Shown: positions 1 through 11,946 of the stretch, one piece after another
How positions within the stretch are numbered: position 1 is the first letter of the stretch
Layout of the letters: each line of letters begins with the position of its first letter
Source: Dirinaria sp. TL-2023a
Lineage: Eukaryota
Assembly (NCBI GenBank): GCA_051941275.1
Contig: JAVEBF010000034.1
Span: 1 to 42,847 of the forward strand
Direction of reading: 5' to 3'
DNA: 42,847 bases
Notes under the pieces: model-generated
Seen by the model: only the letters and a program-made list of their open reading frames with translations
Told to the model about the DNA's origin: nothing
The model's database searches: none
Made by a program: the position numbers and the translations under genes

Positions 1-790
1 TCAGAAAAAGAGATACTACAAGCTACAGATAAAAGAATTCCTTACAAATTTGATTGATAGAGCTAACACTGTTCTGAAAACCACAAAAGATCTCGAATCA
101 AAAGTGACAGTTGAAAGAAGCACGATCATCAGTGCTTTGATGACAATCTCGAAATCTCAGATAATCGACGAAGAACATCGTCGACAGATACGACTTCTTA
201 TCGACTCTCTCACATTTACAGAAGAAGCAATACGACGCGAGCTGATGCAGACAGAGATAGTCATATTCAACTTGACACAGACGATTATGAAGAAGAAAGC
301 AGTAGCAGTGAGAATAGCAAGATTTTTCTTGAAACTTCTGAGCTCAGACCCCGTTAAAGTCACGGAAGTCGATATCATTGAAGCATCATCTGACTCAAGC
401 AAAGCAATCTCAACTTCTCACAAAGAGTCATTTCTTCTCGTTTTCATTGTTTTCAAAATTCTGAAAGAGCATCTCTGCAGATGTGTCAAATGCGAATCAG
501 ATATCATCAAGCATCTGAAGAAAGAGATCATAAAAGAATTCAAGAATAAGCTGATTAACGCACTCAGTCAAAACGAAGAACGTCAGCTTCGACAGAAATA
601 TCGTCAAGCCAACTATGCCATCATATTTGAAGTCACTAAGAAGCAATTGCAGCAAGACGCTTGAGATCAACTCAGAAAAGAAGCAAAGGAGGAAACGCTT
701 GCTGATATAGCAAGCAAAGAAAAAGAATCACGTCAAGCAGCAAAAGACCGCAAGTTTCTTATCTAGAAGGTGAACGTCATGAGGACATGA
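1..790 (+). pseudogene. GG/CC-depleted, RIP-like degenerate reading frame (mutated repeat or gene copy), truncated at the window edge
   Basis: The frame is open from nt 2. The 204-aa ORF 50-664 has no Gly, no Trp and one Pro. I count a single GG in the first ~685 nt. The frame continues past TGA 662-664 (DQLRKEAKEETLAD...), consistent with TGG>TGA. No family recognised. Confidence 0.55.
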
Positions 791-2383
791 CGATAAAAGA
801 AAAGGGGAAGAGCTGTTAGAAGATGCAAAGTTAGAAGATGCCTTTGCACCTTCCCGAAAATGTATCTAGCATGCTTTAGTCAGCGAGTGAGAGGGACTGC
901 CCTTTCACCTTTAGCTTTTAGCTTTTTGCCTTTGCTTCTACAAGCAACTTAAGCCAGGTAGTCAACAACAAATAAGGACTCTTTCTTTGCTTCAAATAAG
1001 TGCCGAAATTGCTACTAGCAAACAGAGGGTTTTCAACGCTTGGACTCTGCTTTGCGCACATTGATCAGCGACTCCTCTATCATGATTATTGAATTCACTG
1101 CGAGTACCTTTATGTCTCCATTATGGTCTGTCAATGTTTGAGCAGCGCGGAACTCGAGAAAGATCTTTGGTCTCCTTGATATCTATACCACCAGTATATC
1201 CGTACCGTATCCTTACTCTTCTTTGATACCTTATGTACAGCACGTATAATGAGCTCAAGTAAGCATGCCTCTCTCAATAATTCTTATTCCCCCGACAAAG
1301 ATAATCCTAAAAAAAGTTCACTCGGCGTGTCTCGACTAAAATGATCACGATCAACTGCACCCTATATCATCATGGCACAGCTGACGTTGATAGGTTTGTC
1401 ATTCGTATCGTCGAGCCAAAGTCTATATTGACTCCTTGATGTATTTCAGTGGGCGCAAATCTTGTATTTTGATATCTAGCATAATTTTCCAAAAAGTAGA
1501 TGATGTTTGCATTCGTTCTATAATGGACAGACGAGTACATGCACTGTTCAAAACTTGATTCAACGAGAGGTAACTTCATCGTCGCATATCTACAGTTCCG
1601 CAAATGCGAGCAAGCGTTATAGAATGGAGGACGCTGAACCGAGCCCATGAAGACATGAACCAAAGGCTCACTAGCGTGGTTCGCATGATGACTTGTACTT
1701 AGGAAAAGATGATGGGCTCGAAGATTCTTCTGTCCGATCTATTTGCTTCCTAAAGCCAGAGGCGTTTAGCAAATCGGGCATATTCGATTCTGCCCGATTT
1801 TAACGCCTCAGGAGCTTGGCAATCCACTCGAGCAGCGCCACCAGCTCAGAATCAGCCCCCAACGTCCTGACAGCCCTGCTAGTCGGCTTGGCATACCTTC
1901 TAGAGATATTGGATACACATAACACAGCCCATCCATAGTGTTGGAAGTATCTTCGTTTTTGCACGCCATTACTTCCTGCCTTCCACAATCATCATCGAAG
2001 TCGGATTTGGAGGGGCTGTTGAGCTATGTTTAACAAACGGGGTTCGATACAGTTCAGAGTCGAAAGAGCGCTTTTCGAACCATTTCAAAATCCTGCCAAT
2101 CGACGCGCCATTTTTTCTCATAAATTGGGCTCATAAGGTAGCCCGGTGCCGCAGAGCTTGTAACGCGGCGCCTCTCACAGCCTCGTCCTCGCCAAGGCAG
2201 CTGCAGCTTGAGGGAGGCGCGACCTACATTGGTCCCATATCTGATGAGAAATCCCATGCTCACTTCGTTCTTCGCCGAGCAGCGACAAACAAACGACCTC
2301 AACCGCATCGCAATCGTGTCTTCTTCCTTCTTTTCGACGTTCTTATCGAAATGTCCAATCGTTCATTTCGCTTCGTCTGCGCC

Positions 2384-3426
2384 ATGCTGCTCAGGTACGG
2401 TCTTTTGATTAGCATTGCAGCAATTCCCTCACGTGCCGACATTCTTGTTGTGCCTCCACATGAGCAATACAGTGGCTCTATTAACCAAGCCTCGATCAAT
2501 TCCGACAGCGAAATTGTCGCTGAACTAGACTACTCTGCGCCCTCCAACTCTCCCTCAGGAATTAGCTTCCCTTGCACCAACTGCCCGCTCGCTGTCAACA
2601 GTGCGGGGTCCAGACAGTACGAACTCACAAATAGTGATGTCGAAACCACCATCGAAGTTTCATTGGATACCGCGCATGACCGTGTCAACCTGAATGGCAA
2701 CCCGTTTCTGAACGCGCAGATGAGAGACCTCCACCAACCTCAAACTACGAACCAAAGCGTTCTCGTCGGATCCTACCCAAGCGCCTACACAGGTCCCCTT
2801 CCTATCACGTACGAAGTCAATGTTGTTCAGGTAAGAACTGTACAACTAGAAGATCGTAGCCTCGTCGAATTCTATTCCGTGGATTTGCAAATACTCAGTC
2901 TTGGTCACCGAGCGATTAATGTGGAAAAGGTCAACTTTCATATCAAGCGAATTATTGGGGAGGTTAGCAGTGCACCTTGCCTTCTACCCTTGCCATTAAG
3001 TGGCAGTGCCGTATGGATAACTCAATAACTCTTAGCTCATCCTTCTTCCGTTCACGACGGCATACCCAAAGACTCCTCGTCTACTCACTGTCTCTGTGCC
3101 GGATTCTCCAGGTCAAAGCAGTACTTTATCGTCGATTGCCACTGCGAGACTCGCGGCTCCCATTGCAACCGGCACAACGTTGGCCAGTGCCACATCAGCA
3201 GGTCTTCGCCTGCCGATTAACCGGACGTCTGGTGGGAGGTAAGCATTTCTCTCATCTACTTCTCTAAGCACCCTGTCTTGACAATGCCAGGCCTACTGTC
3301 GCATCTCACACCACTCCTCCCCCTACCGCATTCACTGGAGCTACCAGCTCATTTGGAATGCCCATGTCCATCTTGCTCGCCAGTGGTATCTATGCTATCC
3401 TTGCAATGAGTTTCTCTCCGTTATGA
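2384..3426 (+). CDS. Secreted, probably GPI-anchored protein with CxxCP motif and Ser/Thr-rich stalk (~305 aa)
   Basis: Exons 2384-2962, 3036-3238, 3291-3426, with GTTAGC..TAG and GTAAGC..CAG introns that keep frame. Signal-like N-terminus MLLRYGLLISIAAIPSRA, motif FPCTNCP, and C-terminus TAFTGATSSFGMPMSILLASGIYAILAMSFSPL* typical of a GPI signal. Confidence 0.75.
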
Positions 3427-5037
3427 TTGCGCATGTTCTTTTCCGTGTTGGGGTAAGGTTATGGCCTCCGACAGCTATACTCTGACCAGATTCACATTAG
3501 CCTGCGGTCGTGCGTTCTCACACAGAGAAGGAAAAGCGAAGAAGAGCTTTCATGATAGCCAAAGGCATATGTAGATCTGGGGTAATATATCTTAAAACGT
3601 AGATCGAAAAGTCTATGTCGACAGAATGAGCTTAAGCAATATCAACTGCATCTTCGAGCACAAGACTTGAATCCTTATTTTCACACTGATTTTCTGTGGA
3701 CCAAATTTGGGATGAAGGACGACTTCTGTCACGCAAACATCTGGTGCAGATTGTTACGCAATCTCTTTTTTTCGTCAATGGGCTTTTCGTTCAATAGTTG
3801 ATGCGCGCTGTTTCGACAGCGCATGCCTACTTTCCTAAGCGCTCATGCGCAGGCTGGATATTGCGGATCTTTGGCTAGTTGATAAGAAGTTTTCCTAGAT
3901 GATCCATGACGAGTTTTTCGAAGTAGTGTGGATGAAGCCTGCCTTCAGAATCGATGGCCGATTGCTTTTTGAATGATAGCTGAAGCATGCGAGAAAGAAT
4001 AAGCCGATTGGCACTAGACCACGTGGATTCAATTTCAAGTGCCAAAGACAAGTACTCTTCCGCCGGGAATTAAGCCGGCTAAAGTGAGATTCCATGCCTC
4101 CTCTTCAGATTTGAGTACGAATTCGTTTCAACTAATCACATCTACTCATCACGCGCTCGGACCATCTAGTCATGACTATGATGTAGTCTCTATAGAGGCG
4201 TTGAAATGTCGAGTTGCCGTGCTGCAATTGTGAACTCCTTGGACGTTCAATGCGCTGCGAGCGAGGATAATTGTAGAGAGCAGTGACAAGAGTATGTAGT
4301 TTTGGAGTGAAGTTTGATCGATGATTGTGGTTCGTTCCTTCTCGTTCTAAGAGGAAGTTCTTTTCCTGAATCTCCTTGGATTGCGCTGCAAGTCGCATCC
4401 GGCATATTTGTCGCGTCAAGCCGTTGCGCTTATCTCGATAATGGCGAAGAAAGAGATCACTTTAGCGCCTAGAAAGCTTTAGATTAAGAAACAATCGCGC
4501 CCTCCAAAGCCAGAGATCATGAGCTTGTCACAGAGCCTCGAAACCATATAAATAGCGATGTTAGTGCTTAGTCTTCTCTCCTGGTTGATATGTTCATTAG
4601 CGTCCGAAAGGAGTAGGCAGGTTGACGTTAGAAGGAACACTTAGCAGCATCGAGACTTACAAGCTTACCAGGTTTCGGAAAGTGCAATTACGCTGAGCAA
4701 CCAATCGCTATTACTTTCATTATTGTTAAGTCACATAGGATATTCTTCAGAGCGGGGACGTGATGGTCTGAGCGAGCCTGCGGCTCCGCGCATGTCACAT
4801 TTTATGCGCATCCAGCAACCACAGCTCGTCAATTATTGTTTCAGTACTCAACTCTGTGACACAAATAGTATGTAGTCGGTTCAAAGATAATTAGAGGGAC
4901 GCGAGAGAGATCATTTTCTGTCGACCTCTATCGACTCAGCACCTGCGTCTTGCACTTTCATATCTGCAATATAAGTCAGAACCGACGTAAGAAATATTGC
5001 TTTGTCAAAAGAAGGGTTCATCTGTGAATAGAGAACG

Positions 5038-6013
5038 ATGATATTATTGGCAAATTTTACCAGTCGCTCGCTCGCAGCCGGCATCTGTATACTCTGGTAT
5101 ACTTTTACGACATGCTACTGCCAAAGTCTCAACTCGTCTATTTCTCTTAACGCGACCGATCTAGACGCAGCGGTTCGTACGCTCCTAGAAGTGGAACCGA
5201 GTAGCAGAACAGAAGGCAAGTCCACTCGTGATGCCATCTCTGTGAGGAACTATACCCTACTGGGGTGCTCAACCCCAAATACGGGCTCCAAAGCCGCTTA
5301 CTTGACGAGATTCCTGCCCCCTTTCCTGGACGGACTGCAAAACGCGATTGCTGACGCTGATATGGGGATGTACGGTGTCTATGGCTACAACGCTTTTTTC
5401 AAAACATTGAATCAGGACGTTGTGGAATACGTTTTTTGGAACATCCAGAAAGGCAGTCCGCTACACCTCAAAACCAGGAGGGGCAACAGACTTGTTACCC
5501 CGCAAATTGCCTGCCTGGGGGACGACGAGGATGGTGAGGGCCACGTTACCGGCATCGGCAATCTATATGATTACTTCTGCACCGGAAAGCATGGTGATTT
5601 CGGTGCAGCGGCTCAATTTCGAAAATCGGAGCTAGTTGTCCTATGTCCAAGCTTCTTCCGGCTCACTCCGTGGCCCACGCTGTCAGACTGCCCCAAACAT
5701 GTAAAGGGTGGGTTTTCGCCGAATAAGACGCAATTGATCGAAAATCAATTTGCTACGTTGATACGGAGCCTATCAGGACTCTATATTCCCACGAACAGGC
5801 TGGCTTTATGGTCAGCAGCATCAGATGCTGCCCCGGACAGCTTGGAGGCCGTTATCGCTCAGCCGGAGAATGTGGCGCGGGCTTCTAAGGATAGTTATGG
5901 TTATTATGCTGCTTGTGAGTCACATCACTTCTTTCTCAAAGATCCCAGGAGGCCGTTGATGCTGATGTAAAGCAGCTGTTGCGGCGAAGTGTGGAAGTTG
6001 GCCTTTGGGATGA
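5038..6013 (+). CDS. Secreted zincin (M35/deuterolysin-like) family protein lacking the HExxH zinc motif (~304 aa)
   Basis: ORF 5038-5914, intron 5915-5975 (GTGAGT..CAG), last exon SVAAKCGSWPLG*. Hydrophobic N-terminus, several Cys, and motifs YNAFFK, VVLCPSFF and SKDSYGYYAA. LIRSLSGLY sits where L-x-H-E-L-x-H-L-Y is expected. Confidence 0.7.
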
Positions 6014-6901
6014 ACGCCATTACAGGGAGAGAAGATCCCAGCCGCGGGCTCGATCGATGCTGTACCAATCCTGTTTTGCGAGTCGCGGCTCGCCTTCATG
6101 TATCACTGGTGCTATTTTCAAAATTCCCGTACACCGTTTTGTATTCTTTTAAGATACGACGGTCATGATCAGACTATCGGAAGCTCCGAGTACACAGCGA
6201 ACTCATACTCTGCTGTGAGATAGCGCTCAACCGAGAAGCTTAGTGTTCGCTGTTAATGCGATCGTCTCTTCGCGCATCTTGCAAAGCGAGCGTATGAGGT
6301 ACTGGATAATAAGTAGGCCACTACCGCATATATTTGCAATGGCGCAGCATGGGTAAACTGACTGTTTCACATCACCTTGGCTCTTACCTGAGATTAGTAA
6401 GCTGTGCGTTTGAACTTTGCCTTGCGTCACTGAACTTGTAGTAGACTTACCCTCCTACCTTAGTACTTTAGCCAAAATTTCTATTACCAAGATAATGAGT
6501 CAATGAGTCAGAAATGAATATCCGCATCGTGCAAGCTTCAGTAGCCCAATGAAAGTTGAACCACAATCGAAAGTGTAAGACTGAAAAACTCACCACCACT
6601 AACAAAATGCCAAGCATAGCTTGACGAAAGCGGTTAGTCTTTAGATTAGTCATCAGACCCCGGGTCTTTTGCTGCCCACAAAATTTCTTCTTTAGTTTTG
6701 AGGCAATTGAGCCCCAATACATACACAGAGGTCCAATTCATCTCTAAATCATCAATATCTTACAGAAAGCTTAAACATTAAAGCCACGGAGAATACATTA
6801 GGACTGCTTTCCACTGTTGTCCTTTTGTCTCATTGGATTTGTAATTTCAGCCTGACTAGCTGAACGTTTCCTTCCTCCGCCGCGTCCGGATCGTCGCCAG
6901 A

Positions 6902-6924
6902 CGGTGTTAAATAAATTAACACCG
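6902..6924. promoter_or_regulatory. Perfect 9-bp inverted repeat CGGTGTTAA-N5-TTAACACCG upstream of a TATA-like element; candidate Zn2Cys6 site
   Basis: Read directly. It lies ~20 nt before TATAAATA (6944) and ~100 nt before the SDR start codon at 7027. Confidence 0.4.
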
Positions 6925-7026
6925 CGCTATCTCCATCGTCATGTATAAATACAAATTGACCTCCAAGGCGGAAGCCGACGAGTGTAAAGTTTTTTCTGAG
7001 ATATAGTCAATTACAAAGACGCAAAC

Positions 7027-7969
7027 ATGAGTACCACGTTATCCACGCCCAAAAGACCACTTACGTGGTTGATTACAGGCTGCTCTTCTGGCTTTGGCCT
7101 CTCACTCAGCCGAATAGCGCAGGCAGCCGGACACAATGTGATCGCAACCTCCCGTAATCCGGCACGCACACCCGACCTCGTCGCGGAGGTCGAGGGTAAA
7201 GGCGGAAAATGGATTCAGCTGGACGTCGACAACCCTGACAGCCCCAAGGTGATTGAAGAACTAGAGAAAACCGGCCAAGAGATCGATGTGCTGGTGAATA
7301 ATGCTGGGTATTCCATCTACGCACCCGTAGAGATCTTCACCGAGGAAGAGACTCGCGCCTTGATGGAGTCGATGTATTTTGGCCCTCTGCGGTTGATCCG
7401 AGCGGTGCTGCCTCATATGCGCAAGCGACGATTCGGAGTCATCGTCAACATGAGCAGCGGCGCGGCTCTCGAGGGTCGAGACAGTATGGGCCCTTATGCG
7501 GGAGCGAAAGCCGGTCTCGATGGTATGTCCATCCACCTCCAATCTCTATGGGTGTATGGGTCCTGACTCGAAATGATCCGCAGCCGTGACCAAGGTCCTA
7601 GCGAAGGAAGTGGCGCCATTCAATATCCGGGCCTTGACCGTCGTCCTAGGCACTTTCAACACCAACATGGCCCCTTCCGCTATATATAGCAAAAATCCCT
7701 GGCCAGACGATTACAAGGGATCCGTTGCCGATCAAATGGTTCAGTATATCGCCAGTGGGAAAATTCCCATCAACGGTGACAAGGACAAGGCCATGAAAGC
7801 CGTCTATGAGATCGTCATAGGCGAGGGAGTTGGGGCCGGACGCGAGGCTGAACGATTTCTGCCTCTGGGCACTGATATGACCGCCCGAGTGAAGATGGTG
7901 CAGGACTACCTCGCGCACGCACTGGAAGTTTTCGAACATGTCACCAACAACGTCAACATCGACAGATGA
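7027..7969 (+). CDS. Classical short-chain dehydrogenase/reductase (~293 aa)
   Basis: Motifs WLITGCSSGFG, VLVNNAG, NMSS and YAGAK (YxxxK). One intron 7523-7583 (GTATGT..CTGAC..CAG) joins the two ORFs in frame. Confidence 0.93.
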
Positions 7970-8458
7970 CCCGGCGTATTGATATGGGACTTGAACATAG
8001 TGGTGGGTGGAAGATGAAACTTACGCTGAGATAGCCGCTTCAGAAGTGTACTACAGCTTGGCCTTTCTCCTCTAACCCTCTCGTACGTCCAAGTTCCAAT
8101 CAATTGCACTGAGCATCATGTAAACCATAGCTTTCCTCATGCCAAACCAGGAGTTCTGGCTACATGAGCTCAAGGGAAGCTTAGTCTTGAGCACCTAGTC
8201 CCAAATCTTGGACGCGGCTGCGTGAAGAGACTTTTACCTAGCCTATTCGGCAAGCATTCGGAATTTAACGAACTATAAAGCAGATGAAAGAGCTTTTCTC
8301 TTATTCTACTGGGTTTAAGGTTCCTCAACCTGTTATTTGAAGTACAAGATACCGGGAGAATGCAACCAAAATTCAATGAGGTGAAGAACCTTTTTCCGAT
8401 CACTCATTGGGCTCATTGATCAGAGAGCAAGAAGTTTTGGAATGCTTCGCCAGTTCCC

Positions 8459-9272
8459 TCACTCTGACCCTTGCACTCTCGCCATAACCCACTTCTTCAG
8501 CTCTTTTGCCTGTTCGCTTCCGCGGTCGTTGTCCACAGGTTCAATGAAGGACTGATCATGAACCTCCCCGACTCTGTTGACTACCGTTGCTGTTCTTGGC
8601 AATGCTTCCCAAAGCATTCGATCATTTTCGATTTCACAGCTTACTGAGCATGCGCTACTGGTACTGACCTTGATCGTTTCAGCAAACTTCTCGATATCGT
8701 CGAAGAGAATTCATCCGTGTCTACTGTCAGAAACAGATGCTGCACTGCCTTACTAACATCATTCCACCACTCCGTCTGTGCACGAAACGGCTGATTGTAG
8801 TTATCTGCTCGAGCGTCTCCTATGAACAAAACGGACCATTTCTCCAGCACAGAGGGGTTGATTGAGTCGTTCAAAGCGCTGCGTGTGTAGGAGGCAGTGG
8901 CAGTGCGAAAATCACCTCAAGGCCGTATACTAGAGATGCATCAAGGAAGGTACCGGCTGACCTGAGTGGCCTTTTAAAGCTGGCGAGGTGTAGGCTGTGA
9001 GAAATAAGCCCAAGGACTTGGTGTCCGCCGGGAGAGTCGCAACAAATGACCATCTGATTGGAACTAGCGTTGGAAATAGATTCCTTTCCCGCGGGGACGC
9101 GGTTACAATTTCAGACAAGAGGCTGTCAAGCCTACAATAAAGGGATTCTTACATCTTCGGCGGTACTACCTCTCGCATTCATGAAATAGCTAACGAGGTC
9201 TACGGCTTGGTGGAGCTGGGTAGGGTATTGTGTCACAGGAGCCAAGCTATACGATAGTACACAAATGGCCAT
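8459..9272 (-). pseudogene. Disrupted alpha/beta-hydrolase (HSL/Abhydrolase_3, Say1-like esterase) pseudogene
   Basis: Minus-strand fragments in colinear order: VLSYSLAPVTQYPTQLHQAVDLVSYF, intron 9152-9054, VICCDSPGGHQVLGLISH (decayed GDSAGG), IRP*GDF (ISPW with TGA at 8917-8919), WSVLFIGDARADNYNQPFRAQTEWWND, DE/ILFDDIEKFAETIK (frameshift ~8710), EVHDQSFIEP and ELKKWVMARV. No N-terminal HGGG region found. Confidence 0.75.
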
Positions 9273-11946
9273 TTCGTGGAGAGCAAGAAGCTGTACTGTC
9301 AAAATTAGGCAGATAGCTTACCAGATAAGAGAGTGCGAATAAGAACAAGCACCTACTAGACTGGCCAGCAAGGGAACTTTTGTCAAGCGTTTCGAAGAGC
9401 GACAGACGAGGCTGTGTGGAAGACGTAAGTAGAAAACTTCAATTACTTGTGCAGAGGTGTCAGCGAGATGGAAAATCTGCAAATTCTACGGAAAATTCTG
9501 TTCGATGCAACAAGAATATCTATCATGAAGTGATATCAAATTTCAAAAAGGCTGTCAGATGCCGCATAAGGCTTGTGTTCAAATTATGCAAGGCGGCCGA
9601 CGGAAATATACTGGGAGTCCGTGTTCCCAGCTACATGGGTGCCAAAATGTAACATGGCAACCACGAATGACTCGCTAAATGTTTGATAGGGCTTTTTGAC
9701 AAACTAGTCTAGTATAGCTCAATGTCGTCCGCCTACTGCGCGTCCAGATCGAGGACTTCTTCTTCCAGATGGTCTTTCGTTCTTAGTAGCTCCTGTGGCG
9801 CACGGTCATGCAGGTCCTATCTCTTGGGACGAACCTCGTCGCTGCAAGCCTTGTCTGATCTCAGGCTAATGAATAATTGAAAATCACTTGGCAAAAATCA
9901 AGTCGAAGGAAGACATAGAAAGGGCCATACAGCACAGATCAGTGACCACAGAGGCAGCTCATAGGCGTTGCTAGTCCAAAAGGTCTGAGCAGCGCGTGTA
10001 TTCTGGCAACCTTAGTTGAAGCACTCAATTCAAACAAGCGATAGCGAATCACTCAAGAAGTATCAAAGCGTCTCAATATCGCAGCAAAACCATTCATCAT
10101 CTCAGAAAGTTTGGTTGTAGATAATGGAATTGCAATGGCGTCGTATCATTCGATTCAGTGTGCCCTTCTTCTGCTTTTTATGGCCAATCCTTTGCTGAAT
10201 TACTGATTCCGAGATCCTGCACCGAAGTTGAAAAGACCCTTTGAAAATCAAGTTGCACCTCTGGTATTCAACTTCATGGATTCTAGGTTCGTAAAAATAC
10301 CAAAAAAAGCCATCCAACCCAAGAGCCTTAACCATCAAGAATCTTAATCAACGTAGCCGCGCCGACACAATATGTGATGCGGATATACTATGAAGATGTA
10401 AGCAAAAAGAGCGTACACTACTCTAGATAAACGAAAGGAATGGAGCACAAGCATATCCCGTACAGAAGAAAATTCACCAAAGAAATCGGCGCAGGATAAA
10501 CCCAGCCTCAGCTAGGCACTTCAAGGTTCGCACAAACGGATGCACGCTCGGATATAGGATAATGGAGCAGGGCTGCGTCTCTAATCTAGGATCATCATCG
10601 GTCTATGTAGGTGCAGGAAATAAGTCCAGTATAGCCCGAATCTCGTAATGATGCGCATAACCCTGGGTTTGAAATGTGCAGGTGCATTGAGCCTTCTCTC
10701 CATATGAGGAGCATTGACGCATTTCAGCGTGCCCACTGTTTCTTGTCAGATTGGTTGGAATGCAGAAGGGCCAATTGATATCGTAGAATCAGGGTTTCTA
10801 TCTGGATGAAGTGCCGATGTTTCTTTACAGATTGGCTCACTTTTTTGTTTTCTTATCGAAGTAAACGCAAGAGATATCGATCTATGTGTTGCAATGCGTG
10901 GCTATGCGGCTCAATCTGACGGGTCTTGGTTACCTCGATGCCAGATTGTCTAGCTTTCTGGTCGCCTTCCAAATATCCAATTTTATTAATTTTTTAGACA
11001 TAGGAATTCTGATATGCTATTATACATGTATCCCTGCATGCTTGATTATGCGCATGTCAGGATTCATTCTTGTCATATTAGCCAAAGACCTGCCTTCTAT
11101 ATCATTTATAGAGATCCTGAGGGATATCATTGTGAAGACTGTACTGAGCTTAGCAACACTGCGAGAAGCCACTCGTCGTTGCGCGCACTGGGCAACTAGA
11201 GTGGAGACGGCGATGAAGTCGTGATAGGAAGTATGACTTGATCCTTTGACTGGAAATTCCAATGTCTGCAACCTAGTACTTCATTACATAGACCGCTGAA
11301 AAGAGAAGGCATTAACGCGTGAGTGCTCAGATAAACCTCCGCGGATCTTTCAAAGCACATATCGAGTCTGTCATGCATGATACCGAATTGTTTAATTATA
11401 GGTCAACAGCTCGCTGCTAAGTGCCTTGAACTGTTTTGTTCGCAATGAACTGATTAAGATTCGAAAAATAATGAAACTTTTGCTTCGTGGAGCGGCGTAG
11501 CTTGGTTAAAGATGAAAACAAACGAGCAATGCAATAAGTCAGACGGCGTTAGTTCAGGTGGACTTCCAGTACCGTGGAAAAACATCATCAATTTTCTCGC
11601 GTTCCTGGACAAAAGACGGTGAAAATACCACATGAGTAACGTCGTCGAAAGAACTCCAAACTTAGCTTGTATAGAAAACTTTTGTGAGTGGCTATGCACG
11701 AATTTGCCACCCATATGTAGAGATCCGACGCAGCTCTAGCCCAAACCACATCCCGAGCGTAAGATATGCCATTAATGGTCAAGCTCAAGTCAGCGATCAG
11801 CCTCAGCAGATGCAAAATACTCAGAAAAATTCGAGCTGATACTCCGTGTGCCATCGCCGTAACCGGTTTTGTCAAGATTCCTTCCGTGTGAATTTCTCAT
11901 ATTTCCTCCATACAAATCGCTTTTCAATTCTGGCATGTCAAGTTCT

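Noticed and set aside
50..664. 204-aa ORF as a genuine novel orphan protein
   Set aside because: Its Gly/Trp/Pro-poor composition follows from GG/CC depletion; it is better explained as a mutated relic.
900..2310. Short minus-strand ORFs and an intron-like GTATGC segment
   Set aside because: No consistent gene model or recognisable motif.
3895..4420. Short ORFs, including an LIPGGRVLV methyltransferase-like fragment
   Set aside because: Multiple stops and only one short motif; chance cannot be excluded.
10100..11880. Hydrophobic short ORFs faintly resembling a PTH11-like membrane protein
   Set aside because: The resemblance is too weak and no splice model joins the fragments.
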